The notes beneath the pieces are model-generated. The model was not told where the DNA came from. It saw only the letters and a program-made list of their open reading frames with translations, and made no database searches. A stretch of DNA of 64,000 nucleotides from the NCBI GenBank assembly GCA_951406725.2, contig OX597826.1, forward strand, positions 43,276,001-43,340,000. The letters run 5' to 3'. This stretch comes from Octopus vulgaris (Eukaryota). The position numbers and the translations under genes are program-made. This document shows, one piece after another, positions 52,731 to 64,000 of the stretch (its first letter is position 1; each line of letters opens with the position of its first letter).

Positions 52731-53811
52731 GTTACATAGTCACAAAAAGAAATAAAAATATGAAATAGTGTATGAGTAGAATATGAAGACAATACGGTAA
52801 AGAGTCTGTAAGACTGGGACATCTAGTGCAAGGGAATATATTCACTGTTTTGGACTATCATGAATCGTTCTGAAGATTACTCTGTTAGTTTACTCCCCAA
52901 CACAATTGTATATGTGAATCTACACACACTCATATATTCATATGTATTTATTTTATATACTTGCAAATGTTGATACAGTATCTATTATATATATGTAACT
53001 AACAAGATTTTGAATTATTTTTAAATGAATGGCATAAACACCTATTCTCTCACCACATTTCTGATATCTGTTCTATTCAAAAACACACACACACACACAC
53101 ACACACATATATGTTGTATGTATGTATGTATGTTATGTATATATATATATAGATATGTTGTTCAGAGTGTATCCATCTGTGTTTTTGGAGATCGGTGACC
53201 CATCACCTCTTAAGATATCTAAGACATAATCCCCCTAAGATCGTTTCAACTTGGCATTTTCGCTTAGCTTAGTTTTTGGCTTCCTCACAATTTCTGTTGC
53301 TATTTTTTCTTTTTTTCCTCACAACTGTCAACCAGGTTAGTCTCACTTTAGTGTTTGTTAGCTTCATTGAAATTAGGAAAAAGTATTTGTTTTATCTGCG
53401 TTTCGTAGCTAATTATATTACTTTCCTATTGTTATTTGAACAAACCTACCGGAGACTAGCATCCTCTCTCTCCTCACTTTTCACTCCAAGTAGAACTCGC
53501 AAATCTTCAGTGTTTAACCGAAGAACCGAAGAAGAAACAACCAGTCTCTAGTCCTTTTTGCTACATTCAACACAACCTCTTCTACCATAGACAACAGACG
53601 AGGACGGTCTTTCCGATAGAGTTTTATAGAGGATATTTTATCATCATTCTCTTGTATGAGGCCCCCAACCTTCTGTATCGGTGGCAAATATAATTTTTTC
53701 TACGTCAAATTTTGGCTAAACTGTTCCAAACGCAGTTATTCTTCTTCTTGCTTTCTGAGTTAGCTTACCAGTTCATTTACAACTTATTACTAGGATTAAT
53801 GGAGTATTCAT

Positions 53812-54045
53812 TTTCTTTTACCTTTTACTTTTTTTCAGTCATTGGACGGCGACCATCCAGGGGGCATACTTCGAAAGTTTAGCAGAACAAATCGACCCCA
53901 GCATTTATTTTCTAAGGCTATCGGTGATACAAACCAACACAAACTGCCAAGCGGTGTGGAGGGGCACAAAGGCAGAGAAACACATACGCACATACATACA
54001 TGACGGATTTCCACACAGTTTCCGCCTACCAAACTCACTTATGTG
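53812..54045 (-). mobile_element. SINE family B, decayed
   Basis: CTTTTACCTTTTAC tail; CAGTTTCCGCCTACCAAACTCAC. Confidence 0.75.
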
Positions 54046-54384
54046 CCTGAACCTGAAATCATGTAACTGCAAAGAGAGTTTTTTTAAAAATCACATTGCT
54101 GTGTCTGTGCATATTACTTCACAGCTATTTCAGAATTTATATCTGTTTTAAAAAGTATGCTAATGAAGCTATAATATATTTTTCATATGCTTATTTTACC
54201 CTCTTAGTTCACTCACACCCAAGTTTTTGTAAAGTTTACTTTTATTTTAATCCTCTTATCTTTGATTTTTATCTTGCAGTTATTAATATACTTATTTACT
54301 TAAGCCCTTTTGCTCTCTATGGAGTACACACCTTCGAATTTTCTCTACTGTTCTCGGTTCCCAGCTGCGATTTCTACTTATCCC

Positions 54385-54590
54385 CTGTTGGATCCCTACC
54401 TTTTCAGCTGTGACCCAGTATTCTGCTTCCAGTAATTTTTAGGGCGTTCCCTCATCCGTCTTTTTTGTGAGTTCCATCTTAGGCCCTGACGTGTGGTATG
54501 TTTCCCCGAGGGTGGGCCTTCCTCTCCCAGGTCTTGCTGGTTTTTAGTTGCTATGGTTCCTTCTGTAACTCTGCCATCACACCACAACAA
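54385..54590 (-). mobile_element. RTE-clade LINE 3' fragment
   Basis: TRQGLRWNSQKRRMRERPKNYWK..QLK matches the RTE C-terminal W-P-G-R-RGRPK-TW motif. Confidence 0.7.
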
Positions 54591-54736
54591 AAACTGGACC
54601 TTGTGATTGAAGATATTAATGTTTCTTTAATTTGTCAGATGTCGATGAGCCTAATGATACCGAGGGCTCAGCCCGAAATTGAGAAGTACTGGGCTCAACC
54701 CTCTGTAGCGGCTTTCAAGCTCCTTTTTTTTTAAAA

Positions 54737-54940
54737 AGGCGCTGAGCTGGCAGAATCGTTAGCTCGCCGGGCTTAGTGGCAGTTTGCCGGTCTTTATGTT
54801 CTGAGTTCAAATTCAGTCGAGGTCGACTTAGCCTTTCATTCTTCCGGAGTCGATAAAATAAGTACCAGTTGATCACTGGGGCTGATGTAATCGACTTACT
54901 CCCACCCCGAAATTGTTGGCCTTGTGCCAAAATTTGAAAA
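54737..54940 (+). mobile_element. SINE family A
   Basis: AGGCGCTGAGCTGGCAGAATCG...GCCTTGTGCCAAAATTTGAAA. Confidence 0.88.
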
Positions 54941-55281
54941 TAATATGTTTTTTTTAATTTCTTTCTCTTCAAAGTTCCCTTGGTGCATTCTTTCCAATCT
55001 GAATCTCGTACCTAGACGCCTATTGAATGAATTTTGCTATCAGCAGACTTGATAGAGAAAATCATCCCATTTGGGCGCCTAGAGAGAAAGTGGTTATCCG
55101 TTGGATACAGCAGTAAGGGACAAAGAACTGGGGAAGACTACATTCCTCCTCGACCAAAACTTTTCAAGATCGACTTGGGGAGGAAAGTGAGGGTATAAAG
55201 ACGGTGCCACTCTCCATAAAATATGTCTCAATGTGGTCAAGGAATGGCGAGTATGCCTACACTTATCCTGACCATGTTGAC

Positions 55282-55536
55282 TAGTGCTTCTCAACCACTT
55301 TTTCTTATGAACCCTTTTGATTCCTAGTTTACTCAACCGGACCCCATAACCATACGGTGTTTAAAAAATTCCTGTTATTTGTTTTAAATTACATATTATA
55401 AGGGATTTTATAAAAAAAAGTTGTGAAAATATTTTGTGCATTACAGAAGTCTAACCAATTTGATTACACGTAAATTTGAACAACAACATCTTTTATGGAC
55501 ACAAAAGGTCATATGGAACCTGTTTCAGAACAACTC
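55282..55536. mobile_element. Decayed hAT MITE
   Basis: TAGTGCTTCTCAACC..; internal similarity to 40679-40994. Confidence 0.65.
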
Positions 55537-55708
55537 GTGTAGACCGAAAAATAAACTGGGGTAGGGAGTTTACAGGTTTACAGGTTTACAGGTTTTCTGT
55601 TTGTTCTGCTTTGTTTTCTTCATACAGTTTTTTGTGGAAATCTCGGAACTTTTTGTAATCTGTTCTTGTAACATTTTACCTCATCCATCTTCCTGCTAGG
55701 TATAAAAG

Positions 55709-55799
<91 letters not shown>

Positions 55800-55883
55800 A
55801 TACTTTGTCTTTCTATGAAATACTGCTTGGAGTCTGTAAGGATGTTATTATTCTGGGGTAACGAAATCCAGATTCAGCATACG

Positions 55884-55956
<73 letters not shown>

Positions 55957-56114
55957 TTATATATACATATATATATTTGTATATACATATATATATATAC
56001 ATATATATATATTTATATATACATATATATACGTACATTTATATACATATATATCTATATACATATACATATTTATATATATATATATTTATATATACAT
56101 ATATATACGTACAT

Positions 56115-56165
<51 letters not shown>

Positions 56166-56212
56166 CACATATATACATATATACACACACACACATATAC
56201 ATACATACAAAC
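55709..56212. repeat. (ACT)n and (TA)/(TACA) tracts
   Basis: Direct reading. Confidence 0.95.
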
Positions 56213-57451
56213 GCACGCATACTAACAAACACCTCCGCCCCCACACAACTTTATTTTGGAACGAAAGAAACATAAACTAAGAACAAACAGCTTTAAATGT
56301 TGTTTCCTTACGAAACGTCTAAGAAAGAGAAGAAGCTTCATGTCGGAAAGATGGCGGCGAAAACTTTCTGATCTGATATGATAAGCAACCGATTTGCTTG
56401 GTTAAGCTTTTCTCAGGAGGTATATTTTTCGCTTAAATTTATAATGTGATTTTTGTGCTAATAAGATCGAAAGAAATTAGTTTGTTATTTTATAAGATAT
56501 GTGAAAGGAGAAAGTCACTAACAATCAAATCTTCTTTATGTAATGCTCTTGTTCTGGTCGGTGAATATATTTGATAAATACAAACCAAGTTTAAAACTAC
56601 TTTGATTGTTCTAAGCTAATACGTTTCTCTGATTCCTCCAACCCATTGCCGATATGCTGGAAGTGTTTCACATGAATTTAGAATGTTGGTAAATTTCATA
56701 AAGAATTCTAAGTTAAAATGATAAACAGTGCAAACATGAATAATTTCATGCTTTGTTACCTCTTGTGTTCTGTCTGTCGCTATTATTGTATTTATTTAAG
56801 ACATTCACCAGAACAAATTAATGATTTGTGGAGTTTAAATTATGTGCTAATCAATCATATTAACCTTTCTTTTGATCGGTCGGACATGAGATCGATTTTG
56901 TATGAACATGTTAGCGAGATCAACGAAAGCAGTTTACCTTGAGAAGATCTAACGATATTACCAGCAATGATTAATCGAAGTTGGCTTACATGCTCCTGTC
57001 AGTTTGTTGGTGCTCGCAAAAGATTATTAGAAAGGTGAAGTAATTCCTGTATAGAATCCAAAACACTCCTAGGGATTTCGGCTGACAGTTAAAGTCAGCA
57101 AAATGTCAAGGGATAAAGATAAACAGAATTAAGATAATACTTTCGTATTATTCCATGAAAGATAACATCAGAATTAAGCCGAGATTCATGTTATTCTCTT
57201 GCCGTTGCATATTTTAGTCTACTGACGCGAAGAAACAAATATCATTTTAATATTTTTCTTTCATCCATATCACTATATTAAAACAAGTTATTGAAAAACA
57301 AATATTGGCAGATAAACGTTGCTATTAATGGTAAATATGGATAATTAAGTGCCAGTACATCAATTGCAAGGAAAGCGCTTTATTTTCTTTGATTTCCAAA
57401 GCTTATCTGAGTGTGCCGATTCCTTTCTGCTAGATATTATTTGATGAATAT

Positions 57452-57990
57452 TAAGGTGGCGAGGTGGCATTTCGTCCGTTTTCATATTCTTAGTTAAAAT
57501 TCCGTCGAGGTCAACTTTGCATTTCATCATTTCAAGGTTGATAAAATAAGTACCAGTTGAGTACCGAGGTCGATGTAATCGATTTACCCCTCTCCTGAAA
57601 TTGCTGGCCTTGTGCCAGAATTTAAAATCATTATTTGTTGAATATTAAGGTGGCGAGCTGGCAGAAACGTTAGCACGTCGGGCCAAATGCTTAGCGGTAT
57701 TTCGTCTGCCGTTACGTTCTGAGTTCAAATTACGCCGAGGTCGACTTTGCCTTTCATCCTTTCTGGGGTTGATTAAATAAGTACAAGTTACGCACTGGGA
57801 TCGATATAATTGACTTAATCCCTTTGTCTGTACTTGTTTGTCCCCTCTATGTTTAGCCCCCTTGTGGGCAATAAAGAAATAAGAAACTTTAACATGCTGG
57901 ACAAATTCTCGGTGGCATTTCTTCTTGCTCTACGTTCTGAGGTCAAATGTCACTTGGCTCGACTTTGCTTTCTGTCGACAAGAATAAAGT
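57452..57990 (+). mobile_element. Tandem family A SINEs
   Basis: Copies at 57452-57630 and 57647-57882 plus a remnant; ATTATTTGWTGAATATT is duplicated before each head. Confidence 0.9.
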
Positions 57991-58989
57991 ATTAGAATAA
58001 ATCGCCCGTATTTGTAACAAACAATTATTTTCCGAATATTATTCTACAGAGGGGAAGAATTCTGAGAATGATACAATTACCATAATATACTAATGTCTAT
58101 GGTTTTAATATCAAGAAGTTAGTGACAATATTCGAAAGAAAATTCTAACGATGATTACAAAAATATCTTTCTCCGATACTTCCGTGTTCCGGGTTCGAAT
58201 TCTTCAAATATACTGAATCGATCAGTATATTTAAGTAGTAACGGCTTCTGCGCTTGATTAAATCATTATTTTCTATATCTATGCAAATTCCATTGTATCC
58301 GTTATGAAATTTATTCTTCAAAGATTAACAACGCACCCACTTATCTACTTTCTACCCATCAAAAACGAATACTACATACTGTAATATCCTAGGGTTCTAA
58401 GCTCACCTCTTTTCAGTATCTTGTCAAAGAAATTGAAAATTCAACATGGAATTCATGTAGATATATTGAATAAGAGCGTCGAGCTACTTCACTATCATGA
58501 TTTCTAGAGGAGCCAAAGTATCGCAGCAAGAAATGTAGTTGAAGGCTATGGCATCAAACTCCATCACCACACCACCAAAACAAGGTACTATAGAAATAGT
58601 ACAAATTGTATAGGTCTGCTAAAAGGTTTTCCTTGGTAACATAGCTTTTTGCTTATGAAATAAATCATTTATTATTAATCAGAGGGGTCATATAAGTAAG
58701 GATTAAGATATTAAGTTTTATGATCATAGTAGGGAAAAACTTATCTTTTCTTAGTCATCTAATTACTTTTCCTTCTAGCAAATCACCAACATCGCAAATT
58801 TGATATTCAGATAACGGTATATATTTGTAAATCACATGACACAACATTAATCTAATTTATCAAATTTCATATGATTAAATTATAGCAGCACAAACCACCA
58901 ACAATTTCAGAATGTTCAATGTTGTGGTGGATATTTTTATGTATGTAAGCGAAAACAAGAAAGCATTTTTCATAATGGAACAAGCACAA

Positions 58990-59290
58990 AGATTTTCAAA
59001 GCGTTTGGAATTTAAATAGAGAGAGGATGGAAATGTCTTAATGGACTCCGCATTGGATTTGGTCAAGTCAGAAATACCAATGTAAAATGAGGACCTAATG
59101 TGGAATTCCCTTTCTGTAACTGTGGAACAGTTCAAACTAAGTGTCGTCTGGTGGTCTGCTCATTAATGGATTCCTCTTGCTGATTGGATGATTTGAGAAA
59201 TAATATAAAGAATATGCAAGATAGCATAAGACTGTGGAAAGATTTGAAACAACAACAACAAAAACTACAGCAACAGCAACAATAATGATG
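58990..59290 (+). mobile_element. Ingi/Vingi-like LINE 3' terminal fragment
   Basis: One frame from 59028: WKCLNGLRIGFGQ..K*G..FCNCGTVQTKCRLVVC..LDDL..W, matching the LNRLRTG..KWG..CxCG..QT..H..C zinc-knuckle terminus, followed by an AAC-rich tail. Confidence 0.65.
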
Positions 59291-59291
59291 A

Positions 59292-59630
59292 TTTCAAATT
59301 TTGGCACAAGGCCAGCTACTTTGAGGGAATGGGTAGTCGATTACATCGACCCCAGTGCTCAACTGGTACTTATTTTATCGATTCTGAATGGATGAAAGAC
59401 CAAGTCGATCTCGGCAGAATTCGAACTCAGAACGTAACGACGAGCGAATTTTGAGGGGATGAAGGATTAGTCAATGCCGTGAACACCAGTACTCGATTGG
59501 TACTTTGTTACATTGGCCCAAGAACGATGAAAGACAAAATTGATCTCGGTCGGATTTGAACTTAGAAAGTAAAAGGACCATAACAAATGCCGCAAAACAT
59601 TTCAACCAACGACCTAACGATTCTGCCAAA
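59292..59630 (-). mobile_element. Two family A SINE copies
   Basis: TTTCAAATTTTGGCACAAGGCC...GAACTCAGAACGTAA, repeated. Confidence 0.85.
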
Positions 59631-60174
59631 AACTAAACGTCTTAACATTAAAATAAAATTAGAAAATATGCAATTATTAGAAACGGTAAATTTACGGAAT
59701 AATCCCAACGTATCTCGTCACCTTTAAATATGTGAAATGTGAAAAATTTTGACCCAAGAATTATAAGTAACACATCTATAATACTCATATATACAAATAT
59801 TGTTGCTTTTGGAAGAACACATAAGCCAGGCATGAATTTGGAAAAAATCATAAGAGAAAATGAAAATATTTACTTTAGTTTGTCGAAGTTCTGTAATAAT
59901 TTACTGAAAGACATCAATCTCATATCGACTGTGCTGAAGGAACTAATGGAAAACATTGGATTTCAACTGGGTTGTTTTCGGTGATTACATTTCGAGCCAT
60001 GATTGACCCATAATTCCACTTAAAATCAGTGAATTATCGGTTAAGTTGAGTCAACAATTAAGAAACTGCTCCAGTACAGGAAAAAACTTCGGTATGCATG
60101 AACATGCGTTCGTGTTTAAATATACATACATGCATACGTGTTTGTATATCTGTTATATGAACAGCCATATTTGC

Positions 60175-60358
<184 letters not shown>

Positions 60359-62380
60359 GATGAACATAAATGGATATAAATTGTTCAATTATTTTACGTA
60401 CATTTCCATTGAATGGTTCTTTATTTGCTATATATATTTATATATATATATCTATTATTACATAAATGCATTCTTACACACACAGAGGCACACACTCTCA
60501 TATACATGCTTTTATGTCAGCATTGTGAATAAACAGATAAAGTTATTGGAACATGGAAAACGTTATTTGAATATTCCATTTTTGCTCCATTCTCTTTTCT
60601 CCCTCCACCAAATAATTATCTGATGCTTGTTAATCCATGTATTTCAATTTTGTTTTAATCTTACGTTGATCTTATGGATTACTCCATCGCTTACCATAAC
60701 AATGAAGCGTATGAAAGAATCTAATAATTTTACTCCAAGGTAGTTTCATTTTGCCAGAATTTTCCGATTTTTCTTCTTCCTTCCAAATTTGAATAAGAAT
60801 AGGGAACAATTATGCTTGTAAAAACCAAATTTGTCATTCGAAATTATCACTAAAACCAAGCATTCTCCTATTTCTATAGATTACAAAGAATTTATAACGA
60901 ATTCGCAATAAATTTCCTTCTATTATAAAAAAAAGTCACAGGAAAAAGAACGAAATTGAAGTTCAATAGTTGTAATGAAACATCGAATAACGCAAAATAA
61001 AAACATAACGTCTGTAAAATCTTGACGTTTTGTTTGTTATCAAAAGTAAATTACTATTGGTTGAAAATTCGCGAACGGAAATGAATTTTTCCCTGACATT
61101 ACATTGGGAATAGTTTTCACATATGGGTCATTAAAATTATTGAAAGAACTCATATAAATTCTGACACATGGTTTTCTTTGGGGGATTGTGTTTTGCGGTT
61201 TGTTTTCATTTTGGTTTTCGTTTAAATTAAATAAAATTTTGTACAGATTTAATTTGAAATATATGTAAATGGTAGCGAAATTTAGTCTCAGATTTATAAC
61301 AACCATCATCATAATGTATAACTATGTTTCGAGAATTCTTTTTCCAATTTCTAGCGTCTGAAATAGAAGATAACAGAGACAAATAAATCGTACAAGTTCT
61401 TGATTTTATGAACATTTAACCATAAAGTTGGTTTCGATATCGGAGCAACTTCTCATATATCTCAGCACTTTATACATTTCTTAAGTATTAGAGAAGTGCT
61501 TCTCACGCGGTGCGCCACAAAGGGTATCTACAATGTGAGCATGTATACGTGTGTGTGTTGTTAGTTATGTGTGTGCGTGCGTGAGTTGTGTATGTGATTA
61601 TTATGTGTGTGTTTGTTTGTTTGTTTGTTTGTTTGTTTGTGTGTGTGTATGTGTGTGTGTGCTTACTTACTCTTGGCCGTATATTTACTAAAAGAGAAGC
61701 AACATTTTAAAAGTTTTAGAAAATCTATATAAATTCTTCAGTATTTTGGAAAACGCGTTTTATGTAGCTTTGTTATACACAAGTATGATTGATAAAACAT
61801 GGTAAGCACTAGTTTGTATACATATATTCATAGATACATAATACACATACACACACACATGTATGTTCATAAAAACCATACAAAACAGGAGATTTCGATT
61901 GTAAAATATTTACTCGAATAATCTTACGCACATCCCATTAACAAAGAACGATTATCAGTTGCATAATGCAAATTACATAATGCAAATTACATAATCCAAT
62001 TGGATTGTCAAATCTTCAGAGATGAGTAGCTTTTATTAGTAATATTACTGGATTTCTGATAGAGTTCTCATCACTGATCTTGCAACAACAACAACACACA
62101 CACACATACACACGAAGAGTTTCCTTTAAGTTACAAATAGCCTTAACTTTGTACCAATAATTCGTTTATATCAAGTGTAGTATGAGTTCAAATGCTTGTA
62201 AATCAATAATTTACAGAAGATATTTAAAACTTAATGTGAAAATAAAAAAATAATTCACGACATTGGAATGTGTCTGACGTCTTGTTGCAGATTTTCTTGA
62301 ATGGCTCCAAATCTTTCATCGTGGGTCCTAATGTACACTGATAAGCCCATAAAGGGGTCTGTTCACTTGTCACAGTTCAA

Positions 62381-63360
62381 AGGCGCGTGGCCTAACTTTT
62401 AGCGTATTGTATTCACGATCGTAAAATCGGGGTTTCGACTTCTGGACCGGGTGATGAGTTGGGTGCTCGAGTAAAACACGTCATTTCACGTTTCCACAGT
62501 CCACTCGACTGTAAATGAGTAAACCTGCGATGGATGGGTATCCAGTTCAGAGGGAATATATTAATTTCCGTCAATTATACAACATGGAAACCAGGACTCG
62601 TGGCAGTCATATCTAGGGGACAGATGATGAGGATGATGATGATGATGATGTAATAATTCGATACATGGTTTTCAAGTAATTTTCTGATTTTCATTTCGGT
62701 TTTAAGTCTCAAAGCTCTCCCCATTTCTCTAGATTTTGGTACAGGTAATATCTATATTGTTATGAAGATGAAAGGAAACATGAAAAATTCACATCCTAAA
62801 TGAAAAGACAGCAAGTCGAATAAAGATGATGCAATGCCAAAAGGCATCTGAACATATACTTGTTTATAGGTGTAGACAAGGCTAGGTCGAGAAGCTAGAT
62901 TTGCGACCATGTGGTTTCGGGTTCAATCGCACTGCGCAGCACTTGGAGCAAGTGTTTTCGACTATAATCCCAAGCTGATCAAAGTCTTGTGAGATGATAT
63001 GGTTGATGAAAATTGTGCTGAACCCCGTCGAATGTATGTATGTATGTAGTTATGTTACTCTTTTACTTGTTTCAGTGATGTGACTGTGGTCATGCTGGAC
63101 CATCGCATTTTAGTCGAGCAAATCGACCGGACGTTGTGTGTTTATTGATCGAAAACACCTAAAAAGCTCCACGAGTCTCTGGCAGGGGGTGGTGGCCCTC
63201 CCTGTTGTACTCTTTTGCTCTAACTTTCTCTCACTCTTTCTTCCTGTTTCTTTAGTAACGCTGCGATGGACTGGCGTCCCGTCCAGCTGCGGGGGAACAC
63301 ATACGCCACAGAAACCGGGAAACCGGGCCCATAAACCTAGCTAGGTTTGAAAAGGGCGCA
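62381..63360. mobile_element. SINE fragments (family C head 62381-62560, family B 62868-63125, family C-related body 63130-63360)
   Basis: Shared motifs with the copies listed above. Confidence 0.8.
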
Positions 63361-63559
63361 TAGAAAATAGACAAGCAACCATACAACACGTTTGTTCATC
63401 ATCTCTAATATGCTGTGTGCTCCCCTTACCCGTGCCCTGTGACTACATAGCTGTTGACTCCACGACGGGTTCATGGTGAGATTTATTATTAATGTATTAA
63501 ACATATTATATATAATATTTATTATTAATGTCTTAAACATATTGTATATGATATCCGTT

Positions 63560-63621
<62 letters not shown>

Positions 63622-63737
63622 TAATCAAGCTGTGCTGACGCTTTAATTACAATGTGAGAATGTATACGCGTGAGTTGTGTATGTGTATGTTATGTGTTTG
63701 TTTGCTTGTTTGTGTGTGTGTGTGTGTGTGAGTGTGC

Positions 63738-63780
<43 letters not shown>

Positions 63781-64000
63781 CTTACTCTTGGCCATATATT
63801 TAATAAAAGAGAAGCTACATTAGACATAACTGGATCTTGCTGAACATGCCAAAGTAAATGAGACGTGATCTATGTATTGTGTGTGTGCATGTGTTTATAT
63901 GTACGTACAAATATGAATATACCTATATATACATACATTTATACATATATACATACGCACACAAACACACAAATTATAATATATTATGTATTATATCAAA

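Noticed and set aside
54635-54700. GATGAGCC..GGCTC..GAAA hammerhead-like hairpins
   Set aside because: The core lacks CTGA, and GAAA is not adjacent to the stem.

Overview
AT-rich eukaryotic intronic or intergenic DNA. I could not support any intact protein-coding gene, and nearly all listed ORFs are microsatellite or SINE artefacts. The repeat content resembles an Octopus (coleoid cephalopod) genome; this is inferred from recognition, not from a search. It includes three abundant tRNA-derived SINE families, long (TA)n/(ATT)n/(TACA)n/(TATC)n tracts, four decayed Tc1/mariner-superfamily elements, a pogo/Tc2-type MITE, hAT-type MITEs, and fragments of RTE, R4/Dong and Ingi/Vingi-like LINEs. The most interesting signal is a set of candidate self-cleaving ribozymes inside small retroposons. 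(1) A 200-265 bp non-tRNA retroposon occurs twice (981-1182 minus; 34318-34582 plus with a 12-bp TSD and (AAC)n tail). Its 5' end folds by hand into an HDV-like nested double pseudoknot whose core resembles the trypanosomatid L1Tc/ingi 77-nt signature. (2) A type I hammerhead with an intact core (27313-27364) lies in a ~370-430 bp tandem repeat, a retrozyme-like arrangement. (3) A tRNA-headed SINE carries a minimal hammerhead (42867-42919 minus). Several decayed Penelope-type minimal hammerheads are also present. All folds were done by eye and no activity is demonstrated.
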